Assembly (NCBI GenBank): GCA_043228905.1
Contig: JBHGNT010000012.1
Coordinates: forward strand, 14,756,001 to 14,820,000
Source of the DNA: Azolla caroliniana
Taxonomy: Eukaryota; Plantae; Polypodiophyta
Length of the DNA stretch: 64,000 nucleotides
Reading direction: 5' to 3'
A model generated the notes under the pieces. It was not told the origin of the DNA, did no database searches, and saw only the letters and a program-made list of their open reading frames with translations. Made by a program: the position numbers and the translations under genes. This document shows positions 23,199 to 37,300 of this stretch, one piece after another (position 1 is the first letter of the stretch; each line of letters starts with the position of its first letter).

Positions 23199-26100
23199 AT
23201 GATAACAGATGATATATTATGTGAAGAGTAAATACAAAATAGCTATGAGGCTTAAGACTGGCATTGAACCAATTTGGTTCAAAATAAGGCCTTGTGCCTC
23301 CTTTTATAGTGTTCTCAGGAGTAGTCCTGAAGCTTCTAGAATGTTCCAGAGAAATCTGGAATATACATTAATTTTCTATTGTAAAACTTAAATGAAAATA
23401 ATATCATACATATTACAATAGATAGTGTAATGGTCAAGATCTCGACCCATATAACATAAGGTCATAGGTTCGAGTCTTGCCATATCATAACACTATCCCC
23501 CCTTAAAACGACGAGTGTTATGAGTCGGCGCTGATTGGGGACCAGGTTTGTCCGGATACTGTCGATGGAAATCAACAAGAAGATCCTGAGCATTGGTGAC
23601 ATGCTCGACGGGTTCCCAAGTACGTTTGCTCGGACTATAGCCGAGCCAATCGAGCAAATAATAAAGTTTGTTGCGAACAAACTTGGAGTCGAGGACGGCA
23701 ATAACTTCATACTCCGGGCCGGCGTCCACCTCAAGCGGTGGCAATGGTGGTGTCACACGATTGGGAATAGTGTTGGCTTGATAAGGTTCAAGAAGCGAAC
23801 TATGGAAGACCGGATGTATCTGACGGTGCGGAGGAAGATCAAGGCAGAACGTGACATCATTAATCTTGCTGGTAATACGGAAAGGACCGAGTCGTCGATA
23901 ATCCAATTTGTCGCATGGTTGAGTAGTCTTGATGTGACGATGTAAGAGCCATCCTCGATCTCCGATGGCAAAAGAGGAGGGAAGCCGATGACGATCTGCA
24001 TAAATCTTTCGTGTGTGTTGAGCATGAAGAAGATGAGTAGATAGATCCGTTTGAATCTTGTGTAGCCTGTCTAAATGATCCTCGGCATGAGGATTGGGAG
24101 GTAGCTCCGGAGTGTCGATCACAGACCAACGAGGATGAGAACCGGTATAAGTGTAAAATGGGGAGACCCGAGTGGAGGAGTGAATAACGTTATTATAAGC
24201 AAACTCAACAAAGTGGAGAATATTAACCCAATCATCCTGTTGATAACTCAGAAAACACCGAAGATATTGTTCCAACGTTTGGTTTGTTCGTTCCGTTTGC
24301 CCACCAATTTGGGGATGATAGCCGGAGGAGAGGTTGCAAGAGACCTTGAGCATCTTGAAGAGATGCTTCCAAAATTTGGAGATGAATTGAGGTCCTCGGT
24401 CACTGATGATACTGTTTGGGAGGCCATGATGCCGAAAAACCTCACGCATGACAAGGGCGGTGGTTTCCTCACTAGTGATGGCCTTAGTACAAGGCACAAA
24501 ATGTGTCATCTTAGTATATTGGTCAACGACAGTTAAGATAGCATCGAAGCCCTTCGAGACGGGAAGATCTATGATAAAATCAAGACAAATGGATTGCCAC
24601 GACTTACTTGGAATTCGTAAGGATTACGACAAGCCATATGGATGATGTCGTGGCATCTTTGCTTGGCAACAAGCATCATAGGTCCGAACGTAGTCATCGA
24701 CAAAACGTCGCAGATGGGTCCACCAAAAAGATCATCGGACTAGATCCAACATCTTAGTAATACCAAAATGTCCAGCTGTATGGACGTCGTGACAATTTTG
24801 GATGATTTGAAGGCGACAGGAGCAATCGGGAACATACACTAGCTTTTTAAAGAATAATAAACCATCATGGTATTCGAATTGTCGGTAGTCCATACCTAGT
24901 TGTTGAGACTGAGAATAGGATGCCCGAGAGGCAACAATTTGCGCTAGAATGGCTTGAACAAAATTAACTGTCTTCAAATTGGCACGTATGGCATCGATAA
25001 TCTGGGAGTCCAACGGAGTGTGAAAAATCCGTGTTGTATGCAAACGTGTTGGTCCTAAGATTACCTTCTTTTGATTATCAAATGTTGGATCACTAGGATG
25101 AGGTGCAAGATATGAGCGTCACGATAGTGCATCTGCTTTTCCTTGTTGCTTCCCCAACTGATATGTGATTTTGAAGTCAAAACGCGTGAGGAATTGGGCC
25201 CACCAAGCTTGCCGTCGATTTAGTATGGGAGCATTCTGAAAATAAGCAAGATTTTTGTGATCACTGAAGACGATGACCTGATGAGGAGAGCCCTCTAAGA
25301 AGTGCCGCCATTGCACAAACGAATCCACGATGGCTAATAACTCCTTGTCATGTATCTCGTAGTTGATTTCCGCGGCATCAAATTTGAGTGAGTGGGAAGC
25401 CACAAGATGTAACTCTTCTTTATCTCCTTGTTGTGAAAGGATGCTACCGAGGGCGAAATCCGATGCGTCAGCCTCCATGATGAATGGTTTATTTGTATCC
25501 ACATGAGCTAGAATAGGAGCTGATGTAAAGGCTTTCTTAAGATGCATAAAAGCCATGTCCGCTTCATTGGACCAAATAAATGATCGTCCCTTCTTGGTAA
25601 GCTGTGTAAGAGGCAAAATAATATTCGAGTAATCTTGTATAAACTTGCGGTAGAAGTTAGCGAAGCCTAGGAAACATTGCACATCTCGTAACGAACGTTA
25701 AGTTTGCCACTCTAGCACAGTTTTGACTTTAGCTGGATCCACGGAGATGCCTTTTGAGGAGATGACGTAGCCTAGAAATTCCACTTGCTTGTAGTCAAAG
25801 CTACATTTTTCTAGTTTGGCATAAAGACCATGCTCTCGGAGTCATTTTAGTACTAATAGTACATGAGAACCATGCTCTTCCTGGGTCTTCGAATAAATCA
25901 ATAGATCATCCAGATAGATGATGAAACAGATATCCAAGAAGTCTCTGAATATACGATTTGCCATGTGCTGGAAGACTGCGGGCGCATTGGTTAGACCGAA
26001 AGGCATAACGGTATACTCGAAGTGCCCATATTGGGTGCGGAAAGTAGTCTTCTATTTGTCTCCTGGTCGGATCCGCACAAGGTTATATGCTCCTCGTAAG

Positions 26101-27316
26101 TCAATTTTTGTAAAAAACTTGGCACCACTTACACGTTCTAAAAGACTTGATATAAGGGGAAGTGCATACCTATTCCTGATGGTGACCTTATTCAAGCTGC
26201 GGTAATCAATGACGAGACGAAGGGATCCATCTTTCTTCTTGACAAAGAAAATGGGTGCACCGGGTGGAGATTTTGAATGACGAATAAACCTGCTTGCCAA
26301 ATTCTCCTCTATGTAGGTTCGAAGGAATTCCAACTCGATTGCTGACAAGTTGTAAATCGGTCCCCATGGTGGCTCTTTTCCTGGTTGTAAATCGATGAGA
26401 CAATCATAGGGACGATGATGAGGAAGAGTACCGGCTTTTACCTTGTCAAATACATCGGCATAAGGATGATATTTCGCAGGAAGTGGAACTGTGGATTCCT
26501 TCTTAATAGTGTTGGACAGATGTACTGATATTGCAAATAGAAACATTGACCCTTTGCGTAATTGATGGAGCGAAATGGTCGAAAATCGATGAGTAGATTC
26601 TCGGGGTTGTCGATACTGGACTTCTCTTGTTCTCCAATCTATGTCTGGATTATGTAATTCAAATCAAGGTAATCCCAGGACAATGGGATGCTCTGGACTA
26701 CTAATTATATTAAATGATACCACACACCCAAAGCTATCTAGGACAACCTGAATGGGTTCTGACTCTTCTACGATATTCCCAAAAGTAATGGGACGACCAT
26801 CAATGACTACTATAGATGTGGGGCAATGAAGTTTTCTTAAGGATATCTGAGAAGCTTGGGCAAAATTCCGATCCATGAAACAGGAATTGGCTCCGGAATC
26901 TAAAAGTGCTAAGACGTGTACTAGAGGGGTACTTTTAGTACTAACCATGACTTGGGCTAAGAACACATTGCTAACTTGCTTAGAGGGAATGGAACCACTA
27001 ATGGGTTGCACAGATCTAGGGCTGTCCAACCAAATGGCTCCTATTTTGGTTGGACTTAGTCGTTTAACTCTTCCTCTAATTGACTAAGGATTTCAAATTT
27101 GTTTGAGATACTTGGGTTATCAATACTATTAATACTATCAGGCACTCCTAAGGGAATTGCCTCGGGTTTAGTACAGGCTACGATTACCTTTTCATCTTGG
27201 CCTTTGGGGACAGTTGATTGCGATATGCCCTGGTTCACCACAATAAAGACATAATCGATTTGCACATCGTCGTTGCTTTTCTTCTTCCGATAATGGGCCA
27301 CGTTGACGCATGGTGT
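23058..27316 (-). mobile_element. Degenerate Tcn1/Tf-like chromovirus (3' LTR 23058-23492, pol with chromodomain, gag truncated at 27316)
   Basis: Chromodomain EYEVIAVLDSK...YYLLDWLGY..SKRTWEP; RNase H DASDFALGSILSQ; [12 protein letters not shown]; protease LLDSGA; gag knuckle [14 protein letters not shown]; PPT next to 23492. Confidence 0.88.
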
Positions 27317-27928
27317 TGTTAACCGTTTCTAGGAAAATACCTTCGATTAGCCCATAGGCTATCGGTATCAAGGGATCGTGTTACGGGGAAGCTTCTTCTC
27401 CACTGAGAAGACGATAGGAGAATGAGGAGCGTACACGGGCTACAACCCGTTAGGCATAAATGCAACTCGATTTACGAGTAGGGGGAGAATACACAGATAA
27501 AAAAATAGTAAGAGCGAAACTTATATTAAATGATAAAGCTCACCGTGATTACAGTACACGGCTCTCGGCCGAACACAATTCGTGCAGAGCTCGGTGCTAT
27601 GATATTAATCTCACTAAAAATGATGTAGATATCCCCCCTTGGAGGTATGCCGATCTCGGTTTATATAGTTTTCCTCTTTATATCCCCCCCTTTGTTTGGT
27701 CCTCCGTAAGTGCAGTAGGCTTTTCTCGACATCGAGTACATCCCAAAATATTCCTTGAGGATTGAGTGGGGAGGGATTTTGACCTCATGGTCTCTGCCTC
27801 GCGCAAGGTCCATAGCAACGCGAATCATGTTGTTGGTTACTGTGTCAGGGTGGATTCTGCGTGCTATTGTTGGGGCGTCGATGACCCGTAAGTACCCACC
27901 CAGTCCTTGTTGTTGTAGCCAAGAACGG

Positions 27929-30900
27929 TGTCGTAGTGTATTTTGTACACTACGTGAAAAAGTAAAAAATAATATAACCGATTTAATTACATATAAATAA
28001 ATAAAATAATATATCAAGATATTTATCACGTGCATAGGGCAGGATTTGAACCCTGTACCTCCACGTAGCCAAACCTCAACTTTACCATTATGCTACCTTA
28101 TCTTTAGTGTTCTACAAATAGATTTAATAACTATAAGTGCTTTATCTGCGCCTACCTTTATTAAAAGGTAAATCATGCATTTTTAGAGTGCGTGAATATT
28201 TTGTAGAAAAACGCAAGCGACTAAAAAGTGACTCATGCACATCTAGCGTGCATGAGCACTATATTTAGCAAATAAAAGCAAGGATTAGAAAAGCATCACA
28301 TGCACATTTAGTGTGCATGAACATATTAGAAAAAAAAGCATGTAGCTATGCTTAGTCTCTCCCATCACTACATAAGGATGGGGAGCACAATGTAATAGGT
28401 GTGTGAAATATTTGGGAAATTGGATATATTTCCTAAAACACCAATTAACAAACTATACTCGTGGGATTCACGAGATTTCTATATCTTTCTCTATCAATCT
28501 AAATACATATTCTTACATAAATATTAATCAATAAAATACATTATACTTGTGGGATTCACAAGTTTCTAATAATCTACTCATAATTATAATAGTCTCAAAT
28601 TCTTCCTCCTCCTAGTCCAAAACCCCGGTGGTTCCCACCCGACTCACGCAACGATCCGGAGCCGAAAGGCACGACACAGTTGGTGAACCCGACGTGAAGG
28701 CGGGTGGCAAGGAGATGGAGAATCAACAAGAGGCGATGAACATGATGATGATGATGTTCGAGAGAATGCTACAAGAACAACGCGAGATGTCGGAGATCAC
28801 GACAGTAGTACAACGGCTCGTGCAACAGAACGGGCAATTCGATGGAAAGGACGTGTCACGCTATCTACGTGACTACAAAATGGAGATGTTGCGATATGGT
28901 ATCTCAGAAAGATTGCAAGTGTTATCTTTCAACCGGGTGGCTACGGATGAGCTTCAAGAGAGAATCCACGAGATACGACAACAAAGCCCGATGTGGGAGT
29001 CCTTTGAAGAAGCTATACGAGACACATATGACTATCTAAGACCGAAGCGGACGAGGACATGGTCCACGAACGGCGGTCAACAGTGGGTGAAAAGCGGCCA
29101 CCGACTACCACCGAAGGAGAGCTTGATGCGGAAGGGTTCGGAGATGCATGAAAAGTCGCAAGTCGACATTGAAGGGGAGCTTAAAACCGAACCAAAGTCG
29201 AGGCCAACAAAGGACGAGGAGGAGGAAGATCGAGGACGAAAGGGTATCCCCACACCGGTTCCAGAGACTTCGGCGGCTGTGCCCGTGCACCAACGTGAGA
29301 CCGGAGAGACGGAATGTGTCGGTGGAAAAGTGGAGGACCGGAAGGGCAACGAGGAAGACAAAGTAAATGAGCACGAACGAAGGGATTCCTTCACCATTGT
29401 TTCGGAGACTTCGGTACTGGAGCCCGGGTGTCGACATAACACCGAAGATAAGGAAAGTGGCGGCAACGAAACGAAGGTCGAAGCCGATGCATACGAAGGA
29501 GAGATAGCCAAGGAGAACATGGCTATGGGTGAAACAATGGAGGATGATAATACCGAGGATTCCTACCCACTAATTCTAGAGACTTCGGCGGTTGTGTCCG
29601 AGAACCAACGTGAGACCGGAGAGACGGGAGGTGGCAACAAGGAAGGTAAAGTCGGAAGCCGGTTCGGATGGAAGATGATCCGTCTGAAATTCCGATGTAA
29701 ACAAAAGCATGACAACGCGAAGGTCGGGTCTACGATGGGAGAAGCATGTAATACGGAGCACGCACTACGGCACCAAAAGAAGCACGTGCTACGGCGTAAA
29801 GAGAAGCACACGCTACGGCGCAAAAAGAAGCACGCGCTACGGTGCAAAAATAAGCATGCACTACGGGGTAATACGACGCATGCACTACGATGGAATACGA
29901 AGCATGCGCTACGGCCTAATACGACGCATGCGCAACATCGAGAAATAAAGCATGCATTAAAGCCGCACAAGGACCTAACAGCGAGCGCGTATTCGGAGGT
30001 CGACATCGACGCGTGGGTAGAACCTACGGAAGACAAGCGCGGAGTGGAGAGAGACAACACACCGAGATGCTCAAGAGTACCACAAGGGACCATGACAACC
30101 ACTCATGGCAATGCAAAGAATGAACAAAGAATATGGTGGATCGGATGGCGACAATGGTTCGGGTGGAAAGAATGGGTCTACTCAAAATGGAGAGACAAAG
30201 TTGACATAGCGGGACAAACGGAGGATGAAGGGGAGACAACGAGCATCGACAACTTCGGCACATACCGGAGGATGTGCGGGTTCGGAGGGGGCGAGTGTCG
30301 TAGTGTATTTTGTACACTACGTGAAAAAGTAAAAAATAATATAACCGATTTAATTACATATAAATAAATAAAATAATATATCAAGATATTTATCACGTGC
30401 ATAGGGCAGGATTTGAACCCTGTACCTCCACGTAGCCAAACCTCAACTTTACCATTATGCTACCTTATCTTTAGTGTTCTACAAATAGATTTAATAACTA
30501 TAAGTGCTTTATCTGCGCCTACCTTTATTAAAAGGTAAATCATGCATTTTTAGAGTGCGTGAATATTTTGTAGAAAAACGCAAGCGACTAAAAAGTGACT
30601 CATGCACATCTAGCGTGCATGAGCACTATATTTAGCAAATAAAAGCAAGGATTAGAAAAGCATCACATGCACATTTAGTGTGCATGAACATATTAGAAAA
30701 AAAAGCATGTAGCTATGCTTAGTCTCTCCCATCACTACATAAGGATGGGGAGCACAATGTAATAGGTGTGTGAAATATTTGGGAAATTGGATATATTTCC
30801 TAAAACACCAATTAACAAACTATACTCGTGGGATTCACGAGATTTCTATATCTTTCTCTATCAATCTAAATACATATTCTTACATAAATATTAATCAATA

Positions 30901-31043
30901 AAATACATTATACTTGTGGGATTCACAAGTTTCTAATAATCTACTCATAATTATAATAGTCTCAAATTCTTCCTCCTCCTAGTCCAAAACCCCGGTGGTT
31001 CCCACCCGACTCATGCAACGATCCGGAGCCGAAAGGCACGACA
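27929..31043 (+). mobile_element. Non-autonomous gag-only LTR element A
   Basis: 748-bp near-identical LTRs at 27929-28676 and 30296-31043 (TG..CA). 4-bp TSD ACGG. PBS TGGTGAACCCGACGTGA (tRNA-Trp). PPT GGAGGGGGCGAG. No pol. Confidence 0.92.
28628..30367 (+). CDS. Gag-like ORF with acidic ETSA repeats, 8-aa KHALR repeats and a Trp-rich motif; runs into the 3' LTR
   Basis: FDGKDVSRYLRDYKMEM gag-like start; homologous to 41644-43752. First ATG at about 28715. Confidence 0.7.
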   Translation: MVPTRLTQRSGAERHDTVGEPDVKAGGKEMENQQEAMNMMMMMFERMLQEQREMSEITTVVQRLVQQNGQFDGKDVSRYLRDYKMEMLRYGISERLQVLSFNRVATDELQERIHEIRQQSPMWESFEEAIRDTYDYLRPKRTRTWSTNGGQQWVKSGHRLPPKESLMRKGSEMHEKSQVDIEGELKTEPKSRPTKDEEEEDRGRKGIPTPVPETSAAVPVHQRETGETECVGGKVEDRKGNEEDKVNEHERRDSFTIVSETSVLEPGCRHNTEDKESGGNETKVEADAYEGEIAKENMAMGETMEDDNTEDSYPLILETSAVVSENQRETGETGGGNKEGKVGSRFGWKMIRLKFRCKQKHDNAKVGSTMGEACNTEHALRHQKKHVLRRKEKHTLRRKKKHALRCKNKHALRGNTTHALRWNTKHALRPNTTHAQHREIKHALKPHKDLTASAYSEVDIDAWVEPTEDKRGVERDNTPRCSRVPQGTMTTTHGNAKNEQRIWWIGWRQWFGWKEWVYSKWRDKVDIAGQTEDEGETTSIDNFGTYRRMCGFGGGECRSVFCTLREKVKNNITDLITYK

Positions 31044-34000
31044 ACGGGTTTCCTGTGATGCTGCGGGAGGCATGGTGGACGTGAAGGTTTGCTGACAAGA
31101 GGCGTGGGGGGAAGCGATGAGATGAGGGCGACACACAGAGCTGGAAGAAGATGGTTGGGGAGGACACTGTTGTTCTGTGCAGGGGCTACGAGGGCGAGAG
31201 GGGGACGGTTTGTAGGGGTGCTGAGAACAAGAGAGAGTGTGGGAGCTTGAAGGCGGTGAATGCAAGAACACGTCTGTGTGCGTGGGTGCGTTGTGTGTGG
31301 GGTAGTTTCTTTTATGTGTATGTCTAGGGTTTTGTGCAGGGAGAAGATCCTTGAGATTCTTGGTTGTGGCTGCCATAATAAGGTATGATGGCCACGCGTC
31401 CCAGGATTGCTATGTCTGGTGTGCATGCTCCTTAAATATTCTATTTTAAAGTGAATGTGATTAGTTGGTGTGCCTAAGAAAATCTCGTGATTTGGGGTGA
31501 TTAGTTAGGTAGTTTTAGGTAAGGCTAATTTAACTGCTAGAAAACCATTCCTACTATATACATTTGGTGGGTAGGTCATTATTTTACCGATGGCGACACG
31601 TGGCCTCCTTCGAGGCGTTGTCCGTGAACTTGTCCGTGCCGTGGGTCTCGACGAAAGGATTAACTGGGGTCTTCCTATGGTAAGGTCGAAGTCGGAAGCC
31701 ATTTACCCAGCTTTTGACAATGTCTCCGGCAAGTGTGCCGAGTTGGAATGTGTCGTTAAACTAGTCAATTATCCAGAAGGGGCATGTCCATTGAAATCGT
31801 AATTTCCCCTGCATAGCACCCAGTTGTGTTTGGAAGACTAGCACCGGTTTGCCGATGGTAAGTGCTTTCTCCGTACCCTTCCGGTGTCGATTGACAAAGG
31901 CTTTGCATTGTCATTGGCGTTGTTCCAGGTGAGCCATGCTGGCCACTGGTTGTTCGCCGAGTTCGAGGAGTTGTTCGAGCCGATATTGCTCTGATTGGGC
32001 CTCGGGTAACCTTTCCTTAACCTGAACTCGGAGACTCGAAACTTGGAACTCGATCGACATGACTGCTTCCAAACCAAAGGCCATCCGAAAGGGTGTAGAC
32101 TGAATGCTAGTTTTGAATGTGTTGCGATACGCCCATAATTCACTCTGGAGCTTGTCATCCCAATCGGTGCGGTTCTCATTCATGCTCTTTTTCAGAATTG
32201 TTTGCAAACTTTTATTAGTAGACTCTGCCAATTTGTTTCCTTGTGGATAGTACAACGTACTTTTCTTATGTACGACCGTGTAGTGTTTAGTAAGCTCACG
32301 AATTATGTGGTTTATAAAATGCCCGCCCTGGTCACTAATGAGCTCGATTGGGCATCCATATCGACACCATAGATGTTCATATACGAATTTTTCCGTGGAC
32401 GCCGTTGTGTTGTCCCGCAATGCCTTAGCCTCAACCCATTTTGTGCAATAGTCCGTGGCCACGATGATGTATTTGTTACCAGTGCGGGCCGCAGCTGGTT
32501 TGAAAGGTCCTACAAAATCTAACCCCCACTTTTGAAATGGCTCTACCGGAAGAATGGGTTGGTGCGGCATCCGGGCTTGCTCAGTCGGTTGTCCCATGCG
32601 TTGACATAGATCCGTGAGCATCTTTTTTTGTTGTGGGCCACCATAAGCAACTCTGCCATATTTTTCTTGTCGTGGCCTCTCCAGCGTAATGTCTCCCCGC
32701 GATTCCGTGATGTGCCTCCTGGAGGATTGCGGGTTTCTCGAATTGACGGATTGCACGACGCCAGATGTCGTCCGAGCCTTTGTGATAGAGGGTGTCAGAG
32801 ACGAGGAAAAAGTTTCGGCTCCTGACAACTAGTTGTTTTCGAGCGTCGAGGGTCAACTGGTCGGGAGGAAGGCCGGTGCTGAGAAAATGGGTCATCTCCG
32901 TGATCCATTCATCTTCATTTTCGTCAAGCACCTTTGCGAGACTAAAAAGGGTGGCATTGGGTAGATCATCGTAGGTGGACTCGCCTGGTTCTCCTAACTC
33001 TAGGCGGCTTAGGTAGTCAGCTACGGCGTGTTGGACGCCGGGCCGGTGTTGGATCTGAAAATCAAACTTCTGTAGCAGGAGCATCCATCGGGCCAGGTGA
33101 CTTGTGAGGGCCTGCTTATTAACCAAGTAGAGAAGAGTTGAGTGATCGACGTGGAATGTGAAGTTCCTGCCCAAGAGGTAATGCCGGAATTTGTCGATGT
33201 TGTAGACCATACCAAGGACCTCGCGTTCAGTTGTTGAGTAGTTCTTTGCCGCAATTGAGAGTCGTCGGCTAGAGTAATACACTAGCCGGTACTAATTTGG
33301 TGGTGTGCGTTGCATGAGCGCGCTATCGATGGCTATATCTGATGCGTCTACGAAGACGTGAAAAGGTTCTGACCAAACCGGTGGCTGTACAACAGGGGCA
33401 TGGAAGAGCATTAACTTCAAGGCTTGGTAAGCCTCGTCTTCTATTGTAGACCACTGAAATGGGAGTTTATGCAAAACCGCGTGTAGTGGAGTCGCGAAAT
33501 CGGGCAAGTGTCGTAACATCCGGCTATGCCATGTAATCTAGCCCAGGAATTGGCTGAGAGCCTTCGCGGTAGAGGGCGCGGGAACGTTCAGAATGGCATG
33601 GACTCTATCTGGGTCCATGGCGATACCTTCCTGGCTAACTATGTGCCCGAGCAAGTTGCCACTTGTCACCAAGAACACGCATTTTGCCGGATTTAAGCTC
33701 AACCGTGCTTGTTGACATCGATTGAGACAGAGGCGTAGCTGGGTCATATGCTCTAGCCGCTGGCCATACACGGCAAAGTTGTCGAGGAAAACTTGCATGA
33801 ACGCCGGTATGTACTTGTTGAAAATCTTGGTGATGATGCGTTGGAATGTGGTCGGTGCCGTTTTTAATCCAAACATCATTACCTTGGCCACGAAGACACC
33901 CCATTCCGTGACAAATGTCGTTTTCTCCTGATTGTCCGGGTGCATTCTGATTTGATTATAGCCAATGAACTCATCGAGGAAACTGTAGCATTCATGACCA

Positions 34001-34360
34001 GCCACTGTGTCGAGGACACTATTTGTGAACAGGAGAGGAAACCCACCCGTGACTGTCGCGGCATTGAGTTTGCGGTAATCAACGCAGACATGGATTTTCC
34101 CGTTTTTCTTGGGGAGGACGACGATTGGACTTAACCATGTGGCTCTTTTTATTGGGCGTATAAAACCTACTCAGAGGAGTTTGTCGATTTCCTCTTTGAC
34201 CTTAGCCGCGTAGTTGGGGTTTGAAAACGTGAGTGTTTGCGGAAGCGTAAAACAGAGAAGAACACAGAGAGAGAGAGAGATAGATAGATAGATAGATAGA
34301 TAGATTATATTATCGTCTTCGGAGGTCAAATATGACCTATGAGACCAAAAATATTACATT

Positions 34361-37300
34361 TCACGTGATATGTGTGAAAGTGAGTAGTGACTCTCGATGT
34401 TCAAGAACTTTACCAATGAATGTTGCAATCGAGAGTGCACATTGTGGTTGTGAGAGGAATTCATGCAAAGATTGGGCTCGATCGAAGAGATGTGTAAAGC
34501 ATGGTCGAATATGATCAAAGGCAGAGCATTGTATCAAAGTGTGATACTCAGACTCGCGAACTTGTTTAGGGCAAAGTGCGCATAACCGACCACTCTCATC
34601 ACTTGTACCCCAACGCCCTGTTTCACATCGCAATGCATGTGAGCTAAGTCGCATGGAAGCAATGGTTCGAATGGAAGATAACGGTATGGGCTCTAACATG
34701 TATGGATGTGTACGATTTCCCCGTTCCGCGAAGAATATGGTTTTGTAGTTAGGTGCAACATGTGTAGTATAATGTGTGAAGCGTGAGCCTCCACATTTGT
34801 CCCATGTCATGATACATTGGCGTTGCAAAAATGCCTCATTTACAGAGGAATCTAATGATGCATCATGAAGCAAGTGTCTCGCATCCCATCTACCAAACCA
34901 TTTTTCTATATCTTGCATCCAACCGGAACACAAAATTTTGCTTTTATGCGTCTTTTGGATCTTTTTGCTTGCTTCCCACGCAATTCTAGGAAGTCGATGT
35001 GAGGGACTTTTTTGAACCTTAAGCATGTATTCAACAACCCTTTCCATGGCCATGATCTCAATGGGAAGCGATCCCGTCTCAAGGAGGAGGAGGGTGTAGG
35101 GCGTTTGTTTCTTAACTTGTAGAAACTTGGTAAGAAAATGCTTTTGGACATTTTCAAACTCTTTCCACATAGATTTAGGGATGCTACCGCCCCATACTTC
35201 CACCCCATAGAGAAGAACCGGTGTCACCAAAGTGTCGAAAAGATATTTCTTGAGGACCCAACACTTAATATCTCCAAGATTGCATGTGTTCTCAAATGCA
35301 TAGTATGCTCGCTTGCCTGCCTCTAAGCGGCGTGTAGCACATTCATTCCATCTATGATTTGAAGGAACTTCAAGGCCAAGATATTTGAAGCTTTCCACGC
35401 ATTCAAGTGGCTCATTGTTGTACATAATGCATGGTTTATCTCTTTTTTGGCTCTTCACAAGCATAATCTTTGTTTTAGAGCTATTGACACTTAATTTAGT
35501 ATGCATGCAAAATTTTTCCAATGCCTTCATAAGCTTTTGTGCATCTCCTAAAGTATTTGCAAAAAGCACTACATCATCTGCATATAGCAAAAGCATAATC
35601 ACAACATTCCCAATGGCAACTTCTTCAACACATTCTTCCTTTGCAAACTTGGTAACCATTTCTTCCAATTCATCAATGCATAGACCAAATAGTGTTGGTG
35701 AGAGTGGGCATCCTTGCTTAACACCAATAGTGCTTTTGAAAAAATCTGAAAGTTTATCTCTCATGCGCACACAACATATAACCTTCTCATAAATTTGGGA
35801 AATTGCAAGCATATATTCACTTGGCACCTCAAGTTCTTCCATTCGCCTCCAAAGATGCTCACGAGGTACCATATCAAAAGCTTTCTTGAAGTCTACAAAG
35901 CAACAATATAAACCTTTACCTCTAAGGCGACTTTCCTCCGTTAATACTCGAAGGGTGATAAGGTGATCAATGGTGCTATGGTGTTTCCGAAAGCCAGCTT
36001 GTCCATAAGCTCTCTTACCACTTTTTTCAGCCCATACACTTATCTTTGATTCCATTATACATCCAAATAGTTTTGCCATTAATGAGCCAACCATGATGGT
36101 TCGATAGTTGTTTACATTATTTATATCTCCACCTTTATGTAAAGGTTTGATCCAATTTGTAGTCCAATCGTACGGCATACCATGTTGCAATGCATCATTA
36201 AACATATCGCTTATCCATATACGTGCTTCCTTTCCCGTCCATTTGAGCATTTCAGCCTTTATACATTGAAGATCGCTTGCCTTTCGAGAGGCCAATTTCT
36301 TAAGTCCTATGCATATATCTTCAATTGTAAAGAAGGGAGGCATATGTGAAAGAGAACCATAACACATCATCTTTCCGGCAAGAGATAACTCATATAAATT
36401 CTTACAATGCATAGACAAGTCGTGAAGAGTTAAGTCACCATAACTCTCAACACGTTTTCCCTTTAGATTTCCCCAAAATTTAGCACATGCATGTGCTTTC
36501 TCTTGCGTTTGGATAAGTTGTTGAGTAACTTCCCATATTCTTCTCTTTCTTTGAATAAGCCTTTTATACTCATGCAAATGCTTTTGGTAATTCTCTTTAT
36601 CCTTAACTACATCCAAAACCATAAGGCACTTTCGAGCTTCATGACATTCTTTATCAAACCATTTTTTCCTAAGTTTCTTGGTGCATTTCCAAGATGTGCG
36701 ATTGGTCGAAAAACATTTGTTTGTACATGAGAGAATGACTTTCTTGAAAGCTTCCCATTTGCATTCTAGTGTGGCACCATGTTGTATCTTTGTCATTTGT
36801 AACATATCCTCAACCATCTTGGAATACATGGGTGCTCGCTTAAGGTTCATGCTCAAGTGCGGTTGTTTATTATCTTCAATAGCCTTCTCACAATCAAACC
36901 TATGCATACATTTGAGATCGATACATAAAGGCCTATGATCGGATTCCGGTGTCCATTCACCAAGTGAGAATTTATGTATACGATCCAAAATACATTCGGA
37001 AAGTAGCACATAGTCAATCACACTATTTCCATTGTGTTTTCTACATGTAAAACCATTAGTGTTGGGCCATAAGGAAATACCATTTGCAATAAGCAATCCG
37101 GTACTATTGCACATTTGTAGGAGTAACTTCCCAAATTGGTCCGGATCTTTTTCATCACTAGAAGAGCGGTTATACATTTGCATATCCTCTTGCATCCTTG
37201 AGATATGTGGCATGAAAGATTCTTGTGAATCAAGTTGGAAACTTCTTGTACGAGCATTCATGTCACCAAAGACAATAACTTCCCCTTTGGATTTGAAATA

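Noticed and set aside
23421-23484. Functional tRNA genes in LTRs (also at 28032, 41395 and about 5025)
   Set aside because: A and B boxes are present, but there are no convincing acceptor or anticodon stems. They are reported as tRNA-like modules only.
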